This document shows, one piece after another, positions 39,201 to 48,509 of a stretch of DNA of 64,000 nucleotides. The stretch is from an uncultured Eubacteriales bacterium (GTDB lineage: Bacteria > Acidobacteriota > Aminicenantia > Aminicenantales > Aminicenantaceae): positions 67,061 through 131,060 of the forward strand of contig CAYSCW010000003.1 of the NCBI GenBank assembly GCA_964429795.1, given 5' to 3'. The position numbers and the translations under genes are program-made. The notes under the pieces are model-generated. The model saw only the letters and a program-made list of their open reading frames with translations, did no database searches and was not told the origin of the DNA. The first letter of the stretch is position 1, and each line of letters begins with the position of its first letter.

Positions 39201-40316
39201 TTAAAGCTTGGAAGCTACCTCACGGGCCATATCCAGGCTGGTCGAGCTCCCGCCTAAATCATAGGTTCTTACCTTTCCTTCCTTGATCACTGCAGCAACG
39301 GCTTCTTCCATGACCCGCGCTTTATCTCTCTCTCCCAGCCATTCAAGCATCATCTTAGTTGCCAAAAGCATAGCCGTCGGGTTCACCTTGTAAAGGCCGG
39401 CGTACTTGGGAGCAGAGCCATGCGTGGGCTCAAAAACGGCATAACTATCTCCGATGTTGCCGCTGCAAGCAAAACCCAGCCCGCCTACAAGCTGAGCAGA
39501 AAGGTCGGAGATGATATCTCCGAACAGATTTTCTGCCACCAAAACATCATAATCCTGGGGATTCTTCACCAGCCACATGGCCATGGCATCCACATTGGCT
39601 TCCCTGAATTCCACATCTGGATATTCCTTGGCCATCTTCCTGGCTATCTCCAGGATGAAACCGCCAGTTTCTCGCAAGACATTAGGTTTTTCCACGATGG
39701 TGACTGACCGACGTTTATATTCCCGGGCATACTCAAAGGCCCGCCTCAGAATTCTGGTACAGGCATTTTTGGTCATGATCCTGGTGGAAAGGGCAATCTC
39801 TTCCAGCGGGAAGTCCTCAAATTTCTTCATCTTGGGGTGGAGGAGCAAAGCCTTCATCACTTCCTCTGGGAGAGGATGAAATTCCACCCCCGCATACATG
39901 CCCTCTGTGTTTTCTCGAAATATTACCAGATCTATGTCATCGCGGTAATTGAGAGGGTTACCAGGATAGGCTTTGCAAGGCCTGAGATTGGTATAGAGGT
40001 CAAATTCCTGACGAAGGCGAACGATAGGACTGAAATAGGAAAAACCTTTATCCCGGAGCGACGGATCGAGCTCCATGAGGGCTTCTTCCTTCGGCTTGGA
40101 GGTGATGGCCCCAAACAGACAGACATCTGTTGTCTTGAGCATCTGGATGGTCCGGTCAGGAAGCGGATTCCCTTCCTCACACCAGTACTTCCAGCCGATA
40201 TCGCCATAGACATATTCGGCATCAAGACCTAACCTCTCCAGCACGATCATGGCCGCTTCCACCACATCCTTGCCCACCCCGTCTCCGGGCAGGACGGCTA
40301 TCCTGTATTCCGGCAT
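39201..40316 (-). CDS. Isocitrate/isopropylmalate/homoisocitrate dehydrogenase family protein
   Basis: PGDGVG, SPIVRLRQ, NLRP, RENTEG, KPNV, NLFGDIISD and EPTHGSAP motifs. Confidence 0.92.
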   Translation of the reverse strand: MPEYRIAVLPGDGVGKDVVEAAMIVLERLGLDAEYVYGDIGWKYWCEEGNPLPDRTIQMLKTTDVCLFGAITSKPKEEALMELDPSLRDKGFSYFSPIVRLRQEFDLYTNLRPCKAYPGNPLNYRDDIDLVIFRENTEGMYAGVEFHPLPEEVMKALLLHPKMKKFEDFPLEEIALSTRIMTKNACTRILRRAFEYAREYKRRSVTIVEKPNVLRETGGFILEIARKMAKEYPDVEFREANVDAMAMWLVKNPQDYDVLVAENLFGDIISDLSAQLVGGLGFACSGNIGDSYAVFEPTHGSAPKYAGLYKVNPTAMLLATKMMLEWLGERDKARVMEEAVAAVIKEGKVRTYDLGGSSTSLDMAREVASKL

Positions 40317-40433
40317 CGAATCCTCCTCTCAAGATAGGGTCTCATCCCTTTGTCCCTGTCCTCACTGAGCATTTAAGACTTAAGCCCTCTTCTTTAATAA
40401 TCCAAGCCAGTGATGATCACGTTTTGACTTCTT

Positions 40434-40949
40434 TTAATGGCATCTGCGTTGGATTCTTGTTTTATTTTGCAGTTTTTTCTTAATATAGGGGATAAGGCCT
40501 CCGGCCTCAAAGATTCTGAGCACCTCTCTTGGAGGAGGAGAAAAGGTCAAGATTTCCTCTCCGGTCTTGATCTCTCCCTGGATGAAACCGATCTCCACCT
40601 CCTCACCCTGGCTGAGGCGGTCAGCCGCCTCCTTCGATTGAATCACGGGCAATCCCTGGTTTATGGCATTGCGGAAAAAAATCCGGGCAAAAGACTTGGC
40701 AATCACCGCCTGAACGCCGGCATACTTGAGGCAGGTAGCAGCCTGTTCCCTTGAGCTTCCACAGCCGAAATTGGTCCCAGCAACAATCACATCTCCAGGC
40801 TTGACCTTTTGGGCAAAACCGGGGTCCAGGTCCTCAAGAGCATGCTTGGCCATCTCCTCAGGCTCCAGAATAGAATAGGTGTATTTCCCAGGAAAGATGA
40901 TGTCGGTGTTGACATCATCCCCGTACTTCCATACTTTTCCTTTTTTCAC
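40434..40949 (-). CDS. Aconitase-family small subunit (LeuD-like), first copy
   Basis: DDVNTDII, NFGCGSSREQA and SFARIFFRNAINQG motifs. GTG start overlaps the large-subunit stop (GTGA). Confidence 0.9.
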   Translation of the reverse strand: MKKGKVWKYGDDVNTDIIFPGKYTYSILEPEEMAKHALEDLDPGFAQKVKPGDVIVAGTNFGCGSSREQAATCLKYAGVQAVIAKSFARIFFRNAINQGLPVIQSKEAADRLSQGEEVEIGFIQGEIKTGEEILTFSPPPREVLRIFEAGGLIPYIKKKLQNKTRIQRRCH

Positions 40950-42199
40950 AGGAATTTCCTCGGATCCGCTATATTTCCTTCCAGGGCTGAAGCGGCCACC
41001 GTAGCCGGAGATGCCAGATAAATCTCCGCATCGCGGCTTCCCATCCTCCCACGAAAGTTCCGGTTGGCTGTGCTCAAAGCCACTTCTCCTGGAGCAAGAA
41101 CTCCTTGATGGGCTCCCAGGCAGGGGCCGCAACCAGGGTTCAATATCACACATCCCGATTCAGAAAAAATCTTCAAGACGCCTCTCTCAATAGCTTGCAG
41201 GTACACTTTCCTGGATGAGGGAATAATGAGTGCTCGAATCTTAGGATGGACCTTTCTTCCTTTTAAAATCTTGGCTGCGATCTCTAGGTCTTCCAGCCTC
41301 CCGTTGGTGCAGGTGCCGATAACAGCTTGGTTGAATGGAGTGCATTCAACCTCGCTGATTATCTTGACATTATCCACTGTATGAGGGCAGGCTACCTGCG
41401 GCTCAAGCGAAGAGACATCGTACTTGAGGATGGCTTCATACCGGGCGTCAGGATCGGAAAAAACGGCCGTAAAATCTGCTTTTGCCCCTCCCTTCAGCCA
41501 ATCGAATGTCCTCTGGTCAGCCTCGCAGTAGGCGCTCTTGGCACCCATCTCTGCACCCATGTTGGAAAGCACCATCCGGGAAGCCAGACTGAAATTCCTA
41601 ACCGTTTCTCCCGCAAACTCCAAAGCCTTATAATTGGCCCTTTCTGCTCCCTCCTCACCAATAATCTTCAAGATGACATCCTTGGCATAGACCCCCAAGG
41701 AAAGCTTCCCCTCGATTTCCATCCTTATGGTCTCAGGAACCTTAAGCCATATCTCATCTGTGGCCCAGAGGCTGGCCACTTCTGAGCGGCCAATTCCTGC
41801 TGAAAAGGCTCCAAAAGCTCCGGAGGTTGGGGTATGGGAGTCAGCACCCAGGATCAGTTTTCCGGGCAGGGCAAAGCCTTCCTCAGCAAACACCTGGTGG
41901 CAGATCCCATAAGGAATATCATAGAAGTAGTCGATCTTCTGTTCGGCCACAAACTCGCGGATGATCTTATGATTCATGGCGTATTTTTCAGAAGCTGCAG
42001 GAACCACGTGATCCAGGATGATGACGATTTTCTGAGGGCATTTAACCTTCTTTAAGCCTAGCTTTCCAAACTCCATGATGATGGCGGCGGAATTGTCGTG
42101 GGAGAGGATGAAATCAGGAGAGGCAATGACGATTTCTCCTGCGCATGCCTCTTTTTCCGCCTTATCAGTGAGAATTTTCTCGGCGAATGTCTTTCCCAA
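40946..42199 (-). CDS. Aconitase-family large subunit (LeuC/HacA-like), first copy
   Basis: SHDN, LDH, GADSHT, GTCTNGR, CGPC and NRNFRGRMG motifs. Confidence 0.92.
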   Translation of the reverse strand: MGKTFAEKILTDKAEKEACAGEIVIASPDFILSHDNSAAIIMEFGKLGLKKVKCPQKIVIILDHVVPAASEKYAMNHKIIREFVAEQKIDYFYDIPYGICHQVFAEEGFALPGKLILGADSHTPTSGAFGAFSAGIGRSEVASLWATDEIWLKVPETIRMEIEGKLSLGVYAKDVILKIIGEEGAERANYKALEFAGETVRNFSLASRMVLSNMGAEMGAKSAYCEADQRTFDWLKGGAKADFTAVFSDPDARYEAILKYDVSSLEPQVACPHTVDNVKIISEVECTPFNQAVIGTCTNGRLEDLEIAAKILKGRKVHPKIRALIIPSSRKVYLQAIERGVLKIFSESGCVILNPGCGPCLGAHQGVLAPGEVALSTANRNFRGRMGSRDAEIYLASPATVAASALEGNIADPRKFL

Positions 42200-42219
42200 A
42201 GAAAACCTCCTTGGATGCT

Positions 42220-42753
42220 TTAAACCTCCAAGCTCTCAAAATTCACAAAGTCGGCATGATTGACGATGATAGCCTCCACTGTCCTTCGTGCCCCATCTCC
42301 TTCCTTGGAATGGGCAGCAATGATGTGGATCACTTCCTGTGGGATTCCGTGTTGGAAAGCAAAGGAAGCACCTGAGATGGGATGGCGGAGGAGCTTACCT
42401 TCATCGCTTTTGACGAACCTCTCCCCTTCTCTTCTGTATTCGAAGAGTTTTCCCACATCATGCAGGAGCGCTCCAGAGAGAAGATGATCCAGGTTGATGG
42501 AAATCTTCTCTTTGTATTCCTTGATCAGAATCTCGGCAATCCTCAAGCTGCACAGAGTCACCGCTCTTGTGTGTTGAATGATATTAATTGAGGTCCTCGC
42601 GATCAAGAGAGTAAAAGGCATCTCGGTCAAGTCTTCCGTCTTCCATCCGCCCCGCTTTATAGCCTCCTGCCATACATGGATGGTCTTCTCACGGAGGCCG
42701 CTGTCTTTGATAAGCTCGAATTCCGGGATGATGGACAAGAGTTTCGGGTTCAT
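42220..42753 (-). CDS. Stand-alone HD-domain phosphohydrolase
   Basis: QHT, LLHDVGK, RHP, HIIAAH and HAD motifs. Confidence 0.9.
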   Translation of the reverse strand: MNPKLLSIIPEFELIKDSGLREKTIHVWQEAIKRGGWKTEDLTEMPFTLLIARTSINIIQHTRAVTLCSLRIAEILIKEYKEKISINLDHLLSGALLHDVGKLFEYRREGERFVKSDEGKLLRHPISGASFAFQHGIPQEVIHIIAAHSKEGDGARRTVEAIIVNHADFVNFESLEV

Positions 42754-43530
42754 CTAAATCTCCTTTTCTTGGGGACCATCATATTCATAATCTTGAGGAT
42801 GGATCTTCCGCATGGGCCTCATCCGCGTTTTCTCCTCATGGATATGAGCCACCAGGCCAGGCACCCGGGCGATGATGAAAAAGGCGTTGCCAATCTCCGA
42901 AGGAACATCAAGCTCACAGAGAAGGGCAGCTATGGCACCATCTACGTTAATGGGCAAAGACTTGCCAAGAAGCCCGACCAGTTCTTCCTCCACAGCCCTT
43001 GCGATCCGGACGTATTTTCCCGCAAGGCCTAACTCCTCAGCCAGGGAAAAGAGCTTTTTGGTGCGAGGGTCCTGAGTGTGGATGCGGTGACCAAATCCTG
43101 AAGCTCTTTTCTTCTTCTTTTTCATCTCCTTCAAGGCGTCCGCAGCCGCTTCTCTCTCGGATATCCCCTTCTCCTCCATCCTTCCAGCGATCTCATGAAA
43201 GAGCTCCATCCCTTCTTCGATGGCCCCTCCGTGAAAGCGAGATATGGCCAAAACACCGGCCGCTATGGCTGAATTCAGTTCTGCCCCGGTAGAGGCTACT
43301 GTCCTCGCCGCCAGGACTGAAGGCGGACTGGCGCCGTGATCCACGGATGAGACAAAAATGGCATCGATAAGTTTTCCCTTTTCAGGCGATGGAAGCTCTC
43401 CCTTTAAAACCAGGTAGATCACCTGAGAAAAGGAAATTTCGCCCATCAACTTGTCTATGGGATACCCCCTGAGCGAGACTCTATTGGGTTGGACATCGGT
43501 TATTGCCGTTTTCCAATGAAGTTCACTCAT
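42754..43530 (-). CDS. Citryl-CoA-lyase-like protein (short citrate-synthase fold)
   Basis: DHG, HGGA, GFGHR, DPR, NVDG and ARVPG motifs in 258 aa. Confidence 0.88.
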   Translation of the reverse strand: MSELHWKTAITDVQPNRVSLRGYPIDKLMGEISFSQVIYLVLKGELPSPEKGKLIDAIFVSSVDHGASPPSVLAARTVASTGAELNSAIAAGVLAISRFHGGAIEEGMELFHEIAGRMEEKGISEREAAADALKEMKKKKKRASGFGHRIHTQDPRTKKLFSLAEELGLAGKYVRIARAVEEELVGLLGKSLPINVDGAIAALLCELDVPSEIGNAFFIIARVPGLVAHIHEEKTRMRPMRKIHPQDYEYDGPQEKEI

Positions 43531-44438
43531 TACTGTCCCCCTAAAGAATTTCTTATTTCTTTGGCCATTTCAGGAATATCGGAAACAGAATCGACCACAT
43601 GGACGCCGGCTTCTTTAAGCCTCTTGACCTTGCTCTCATAAGAGCCCCGCGACCCTTCCACGATGGCACCGGCATGGGAAAATCTTGTGCCCGATTTGGC
43701 GGCTCTGCCCCCGACAAAAGCGATGAGAGGCTTGGTGAAATTTTTCTGTTCTATGAGGGCAGCCACCCTTTCTTCCTGGGTGGTTCCAATCTCCCCGAAC
43801 ATGACCACCATCTTTGTCTGGTTATCCTGTTCAAAAAGCTCCATGACCTCAGGACTGGAAAGGCCGACCACTGCATCTCCGCCCACATGGATGATAGTGC
43901 TCTGTCCAAAACCCGCCTCTGTCAAATAGTAGGCAATGGCTGATGTCATGCCGCCGCTTCTTGAACTGACTCCGATATCACCGGGACGAAACCACTCCCT
44001 GGCTCTTTCTGCCCGGCCGCCAATCATGCCCAGGACAGCTTTCCCCGGACTCACAAGGCCCAGGGTGTTAGGGCCGACAAAGCGGGCACTCTTCTCCTTG
44101 GCAAAGTTGCTTATTTCCAGAACATCAAAAATGGGGACGCGGTCCGGGACAAGAACAAGCAGGTTCACTCCTGCGGCGATGGCTTCCAAGGCTGCACTCT
44201 TAACCAGATGGGCAGGAACAAAAACCACGCTGATATCGATCTGGCCGGTCTTCTCTACCGCCTCTTCCATAGAATCAAAGACCGGAACTCCGTAGACCTC
44301 AACTCCTCCCTTTCCGGGAGTCACCCCTGCCACTACGTTCGTTCCGTAATCCTTCATCAATCGGGTGCGGACCATCCCTTCTCTTCCAGTAATTCCCTGA
44401 ATACACACTCTCGACCTTCCGTCCGCCAAAATAGCCAT
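43530..44438 (-). CDS. ADP-forming acyl-CoA ligase alpha subunit (SucD / citryl-CoA synthetase-like)
   Basis: QGITG, GVTPGKGG, GPNTLG, SRSGG, GGD, GEIG and RFSHAGA (phospho-His) motifs. Confidence 0.9.
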   Translation of the reverse strand: MAILADGRSRVCIQGITGREGMVRTRLMKDYGTNVVAGVTPGKGGVEVYGVPVFDSMEEAVEKTGQIDISVVFVPAHLVKSAALEAIAAGVNLLVLVPDRVPIFDVLEISNFAKEKSARFVGPNTLGLVSPGKAVLGMIGGRAERAREWFRPGDIGVSSRSGGMTSAIAYYLTEAGFGQSTIIHVGGDAVVGLSSPEVMELFEQDNQTKMVVMFGEIGTTQEERVAALIEQKNFTKPLIAFVGGRAAKSGTRFSHAGAIVEGSRGSYESKVKRLKEAGVHVVDSVSDIPEMAKEIRNSLGGQ

Positions 44439-44506
44439 TTATTTTCCTCTTAAAATCAAGAGATTCGTTTCCAATCTCAGAAGATCGGTAGATGTCCCTG
44501 ATTTTC

Positions 44507-46072
44507 TCAAGATCTTTCTCCTTCTTCGATGATTCTCTCCCTGTATTCCTTGAGCCCTGGAATGGGAAGACGGATGAAGATGGCATTCTGCTCGTGAAAG
44601 CTGCAGAAGATCTCACAGGCCAGACATTCCGTGCACTTCCCCTTCTCTGCTTCTCCCGGAGAGACAGCAAGAACAGGCTTCCCATCTTCAAGTTTGAGAA
44701 TCTCTGCCTTGCAGGCTTCTATGCATCCCTTTGTCTTGCAGCGGGGGCATTTTTGATGGTCGATGGCAAGTTCTCCAGTCAGAGTCTTGAAAGAATAACA
44801 GTCTTCGGGGAGAGAAGGCTCCATCATCGGCTTCACGCGATGGGAGTGGCGACTGTTTTCTTCGATTAGCTCCTCAAGCCTCTGAGCACAGAATTCGGGT
44901 GAATCATTCCTTCCATACCCTTCCACTTTGGCTGGAATATCTTTGAGGTAAGTGGCCAGAATCTCAGCGGCTTCCTCTTCAAAGTTTCCTCCGAGGCGGA
45001 TCACCCCGGGGATAGCGAGATTTTCCTCCCGGAAAGCCTTGACCAAACCTCTTGCTGAATGGTACTGCTCCTGGCTGGCCACACCAGATCCAGAGGCAAA
45101 ATAACCCTTGATGTGGGGCTGAGAAAGGATGATTTTGGCTGCCCGGTAGACCTTGCTCGCAGCAGGATTTCCGCTTGTGTCACAGTAATTGGCCAGCTTA
45201 AATCCCTTACTCAATACAGCATCCATGGACATCATCGAACCGCCGCCCCCAGCACCGTTAAAACCGATGTAAGGTTCTTCCTCCGGAATCTCCTCTGCCA
45301 TCTGGAAGAAATAGAATGTGCCCCGGTAATCGCTTTCCTCAACCTGATAGGCGATCTTTTCCAGCTCGGTGGGAGGACGATCGAATTCTCTGGCCACTTC
45401 AATGCCCAGCTCAGGATGGCGGAATGCGGCATAGTCATCGATGGTCAGGTGGCAATCGGCCGCGTAAACAAGGCCTTCTTCAGTCACCACCAGAGGATTT
45501 ATCTCCGCTGAGCGGGCGTCGTACCTACGGGCGATCATGTAGAATTTTGTCAAAGTGTCTGAGAGTCGAAGAAGAAGCTTTCCAGATATTCCCGTTTTCC
45601 GTATGAGGTTGCGAACTTCATACTCCTTGAGCCCTCTCAGGATATCGATGGGAATCTGAGATATCTTCTCCGGATGGGACCGGGCGATCTCTTCCACTCC
45701 TGTGCCTCCTGCAGAACTGAAGATGAGCAGGGGGCACTTTTTGGAGTCATCGATGACAAGGCCTGCAAAGTACTCAGACTTGATGTTGAGTCTTTCTTCG
45801 ACCAAGACCTTTTCGATGATGAAATTCTTAACCTTCATTCCCAACATTTGTTTGGCAATCGCTTCGGCTTGTTGCGGGCTCTCGGCAAATTTTATCCCTC
45901 CCAAGCCGGCTCTCCCTGTCAGCCAGACCTGAATCTTTAGCACTACTGGTTTTTTCACCTGCTCGGCGATCTGACGCGCTTCAGAAGGCGTGGAAGCTAC
46001 ACCGCCATCTGGAATGCGGATTCCTCCTTCCTGGAGAAGCTTTTTGCTCAGGTATTCATAGAGACGGGCCAT
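44507..46072 (-). CDS. ADP-forming acyl-CoA ligase beta subunit (SucC-like) with a C-terminal ferredoxin-like domain
   Basis: LYEY.SK.LL, KIQV..TGR..LGGI, EINPL, GAGGGGSM and N.CDTSG motifs. C-terminus CPRCKTKGCIEAC...CTECLACEIFC. Confidence 0.88.
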   Translation of the reverse strand: MARLYEYLSKKLLQEGGIRIPDGGVASTPSEARQIAEQVKKPVVLKIQVWLTGRAGLGGIKFAESPQQAEAIAKQMLGMKVKNFIIEKVLVEERLNIKSEYFAGLVIDDSKKCPLLIFSSAGGTGVEEIARSHPEKISQIPIDILRGLKEYEVRNLIRKTGISGKLLLRLSDTLTKFYMIARRYDARSAEINPLVVTEEGLVYAADCHLTIDDYAAFRHPELGIEVAREFDRPPTELEKIAYQVEESDYRGTFYFFQMAEEIPEEEPYIGFNGAGGGGSMMSMDAVLSKGFKLANYCDTSGNPAASKVYRAAKIILSQPHIKGYFASGSGVASQEQYHSARGLVKAFREENLAIPGVIRLGGNFEEEAAEILATYLKDIPAKVEGYGRNDSPEFCAQRLEELIEENSRHSHRVKPMMEPSLPEDCYSFKTLTGELAIDHQKCPRCKTKGCIEACKAEILKLEDGKPVLAVSPGEAEKGKCTECLACEIFCSFHEQNAIFIRLPIPGLKEYRERIIEEGERS

Positions 46073-46237
46073 TCTGGTTTTCTCTCGAGTTAATATTATT
46101 CAGACGGTGATGAAATTTGTCAATGGAATAAGATAGTAATTCCATCTGACTCCTTTTGCGCTTTGACATAATTTTTGCTCCTATGATATTTAATACACAA
46201 GATATCAATGATGCACATCGGCAAGTAAGGAGGCCAC

Positions 46238-46405
46238 ATGAAATGCATCGCTTTTCTCTTAATCATTCACATCCTGCTTTTTATCTTCCCTGGGAATCAA
46301 GCCGGGATTCGGCCTAAAAACGATGCCGGGATCTGGTCTTCATCTCTGTGGCTTTCTTCATCTCATTACCTCCTGCAAGCTTTATTCCTGTCCTCTGCTA
46401 TATAA
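46238..46405 (+). CDS. Small 55-aa ORF with hydrophobic N-terminus (small protein or remnant)
   Basis: TAAGGAGG RBS then ATG; MKCIAFLLIIHILLFIFP...; below the ORF-track cutoff. Confidence 0.35.
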   Translation: MKCIAFLLIIHILLFIFPGNQAGIRPKNDAGIWSSSLWLSSSHYLLQALFLSSAI

Positions 46406-46673
46406 CCGAGTTCTTGTGCAGTGTCCAAGACATAGCTCATCATCGGCTCGCCTCATCGTTCCGAAGGATTTGGAAGGGAAGGATGTGTTCGAGCTCGCCT
46501 TCTCGAAAATCAGGGCGAACTCAACCAAGAGGATGAAAGTGTATTGATATGCCGGACATTCCGGCTTCCCAGGGAAGCAACTTAATGCTCTCCTGACCAT
46601 GAGTAGTCATGATCGCGCAGTCTGTAAATGACTTAAAAAACATCGATCTGGACGATCTTCATAACTTTCTCTT

Positions 46674-47360
46674 TTAGCCTTCATTTTTTTCTTCTGTAGG
46701 ATAGTATTTCTTTATAAATTTTTTCTGAACTTTGAAGGACCAATGCACATCCCTGATAAAATTTGCAGCATCCAGAAATTTACCCTCGGCTAGGAGATTT
46801 AACAATTGTTGGTGTTCTTTTATCGATGTTTCTTCCCATTCTTTTATGTATCCCTTCCGGCGTGGGAAGTCATAAAGCCTTTTTTTTAAAATATCCACTG
46901 TCCTCCTGAGCATCCTGTTTCCAGCCTGATTAATGTATACATCATGAAACATGAGATTCCTTTCATAGAAGGCATCAAAATTGTCCTTCTCTATAGCCCT
47001 CTTCATTCCTTCATTGAGCTTCTCCATTTTCTTAATGTCCGAGGCTTTCAGGCTTTCAGAAGCGGCTATGATCGCCGTACTCTCCAGAGCTCCTAATATC
47101 TGATAATAATCTTTAATATCCTGAAGAGTGAGCTTATTGACGATAACACCCCGCCGAGGCAGAATCGTTACAAAGCCTTCCCTCTCAAGCTGCAAAAGGG
47201 CATCTCTCAGGGGTGTCTTACTCACCCCTAATTTCTTACTGGTAGAATCCATATTTATCACTGAATCAGGTAGAATCTCTCCTATCTTCATCTGATGCCT
47301 CAGATATTCATAAACCTGGTCTTTCAAAGAAGAAAGATTGATTATGCCCGTTTTGGCCAT
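46674..47360 (-). CDS. GntR-family regulator with FCD domain
   Basis: SLKDQVYEYLR..LGVSKTPLRDAL.QLEREGFV..PRRG winged HTH; FH..Y and EH...L in the FCD domain. Confidence 0.92.
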   Translation of the reverse strand: MAKTGIINLSSLKDQVYEYLRHQMKIGEILPDSVINMDSTSKKLGVSKTPLRDALLQLEREGFVTILPRRGVIVNKLTLQDIKDYYQILGALESTAIIAASESLKASDIKKMEKLNEGMKRAIEKDNFDAFYERNLMFHDVYINQAGNRMLRRTVDILKKRLYDFPRRKGYIKEWEETSIKEHQQLLNLLAEGKFLDAANFIRDVHWSFKVQKKFIKKYYPTEEKNEG

Positions 47361-47419
47361 TTTACCTCCATCTCAACGAAATACTGTATATTATTCGTTT
47401 ATATGAAATTATACTCAAA

Positions 47420-47487
47420 GTCAATATTGCAATAACAGGTTTTTTTAATATTGACAATACATCTAATATCTGATATATTTAATATCA
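47420..47487. promoter_or_regulatory. Back-to-back sigma70-type promoters with a palindromic operator candidate
   Basis: GTCAATATT / AATATTGAC inverted repeat gives opposite -35 boxes. TTGACA-N17-TATATT on +. TGATAT-N5-ATATCA overlaps the -10. Confidence 0.6.
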
Positions 47488-47596
47488 AAGAGGAGAAAAA
47501 TTGGTCTGTTTTAGGCATTTATCCAGATAAGAAGCTACAAACAAATAAAAAAAGGGAAATGAGATTTAACAAGAATCCTGAGGTAAGTAATAAGAA

Positions 47597-48505
47597 ATGA
47601 AAAAGGGGATAATCTTCGATATTAAAAGATACGCCATCCATGATGGGCCTGGAATACGGACCACTGTTTTCTTCAAAGGCTGTCCTTTGCGGTGCTTGTG
47701 GTGTCATAATCCTGAAGGCCTAGTTTCTGAACCTGAGCTTACTTTTATAAAAACCAGATGTCTTCAAGATTGCAATGAATGTGTGGAGAGCTGCACAAGA
47801 GGAGCGCTTTCCCGCCCTGATCAAGATATATTTATGGACAGAGAAAAATGTGACCTTTGCGGCGATTGTGTTCAGGTGTGCCCTACTGAGGCTCTTGAAA
47901 TCATAGGGAGATGGATGAGTATAGAAGAAGTCATGAGAGAGATAGAAAAAGATATAATATTTTACGATGACTCAAAGGGAGGAGTGACATTTTCGGGAGG
48001 GGAACCTCTCTTGCAACCCGAGTTTCTAAATGCCCTACTCGAGGAATGCAAGAAAAAGGGCATTCACACCAGTTTAGATACGTCGGGATATGTCCCCATC
48101 GAAAACTTGGAAAAAATCAAAGATAAAGTTGACCTCTTTTTATACGATATTAAAATGATTGATGATGAAAAGCATAAAAAAACCACAGGAGTTTCGAATA
48201 AGTCAATTCTTGATAATTTAAGAAAACTTTCCGAGAAAGGAAACAATATTGTTGTTCGAATTCCAGTTATTCCCGGGATAAACAACACCGATGAAGACAT
48301 TTCCAAAATCGCTGAATTTATTACAACTCTCAAGGAAATAAAAGAGATCTGTCTTCTTCCTTACCATAATATAGCCAATCATAAATACGAGAGATTGAAT
48401 AGACCCTTTATGATGAAAAAGACGGAGCCTCTCTCCCAAAAAAATAAAGAGGAAATAAAGAAAAAATTTGAACACTTTGGATTTAAGGTAAGAATTGGAG
48501 AGTAG
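47597..48505 (+). CDS. Glycyl-radical enzyme activating enzyme (radical SAM with ferredoxin insert)
   Basis: HDGPGIRT, GCPLRCLWCHNPE, two extra Cys clusters, GGEPLLQ and LPYH motifs. Confidence 0.95.
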   Translation: MKKGIIFDIKRYAIHDGPGIRTTVFFKGCPLRCLWCHNPEGLVSEPELTFIKTRCLQDCNECVESCTRGALSRPDQDIFMDREKCDLCGDCVQVCPTEALEIIGRWMSIEEVMREIEKDIIFYDDSKGGVTFSGGEPLLQPEFLNALLEECKKKGIHTSLDTSGYVPIENLEKIKDKVDLFLYDIKMIDDEKHKKTTGVSNKSILDNLRKLSEKGNNIVVRIPVIPGINNTDEDISKIAEFITTLKEIKEICLLPYHNIANHKYERLNRPFMMKKTEPLSQKNKEEIKKKFEHFGFKVRIGE

Positions 48506-48509
48506 AGAG

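Noticed and set aside
37398-42199. Calling the genes leuB/leuC/leuD of leucine biosynthesis
   Set aside because: No leuA or ilv genes here, the dehydrogenase loop is HICDH-like, and the context is a CoA ligase/lyase, so symbols were withheld.
43530-46072. Calling the ligase sucCD
   Set aside because: Divergent beta subunit with an Fe-S extension and coupling to a citryl-CoA-lyase-like gene; specificity unproven.
46330-46600. Four-helix-bundle (23S IVP-like) remnant on the minus strand (..AQELGYI..)
   Set aside because: Only a few residues match; frames are broken.
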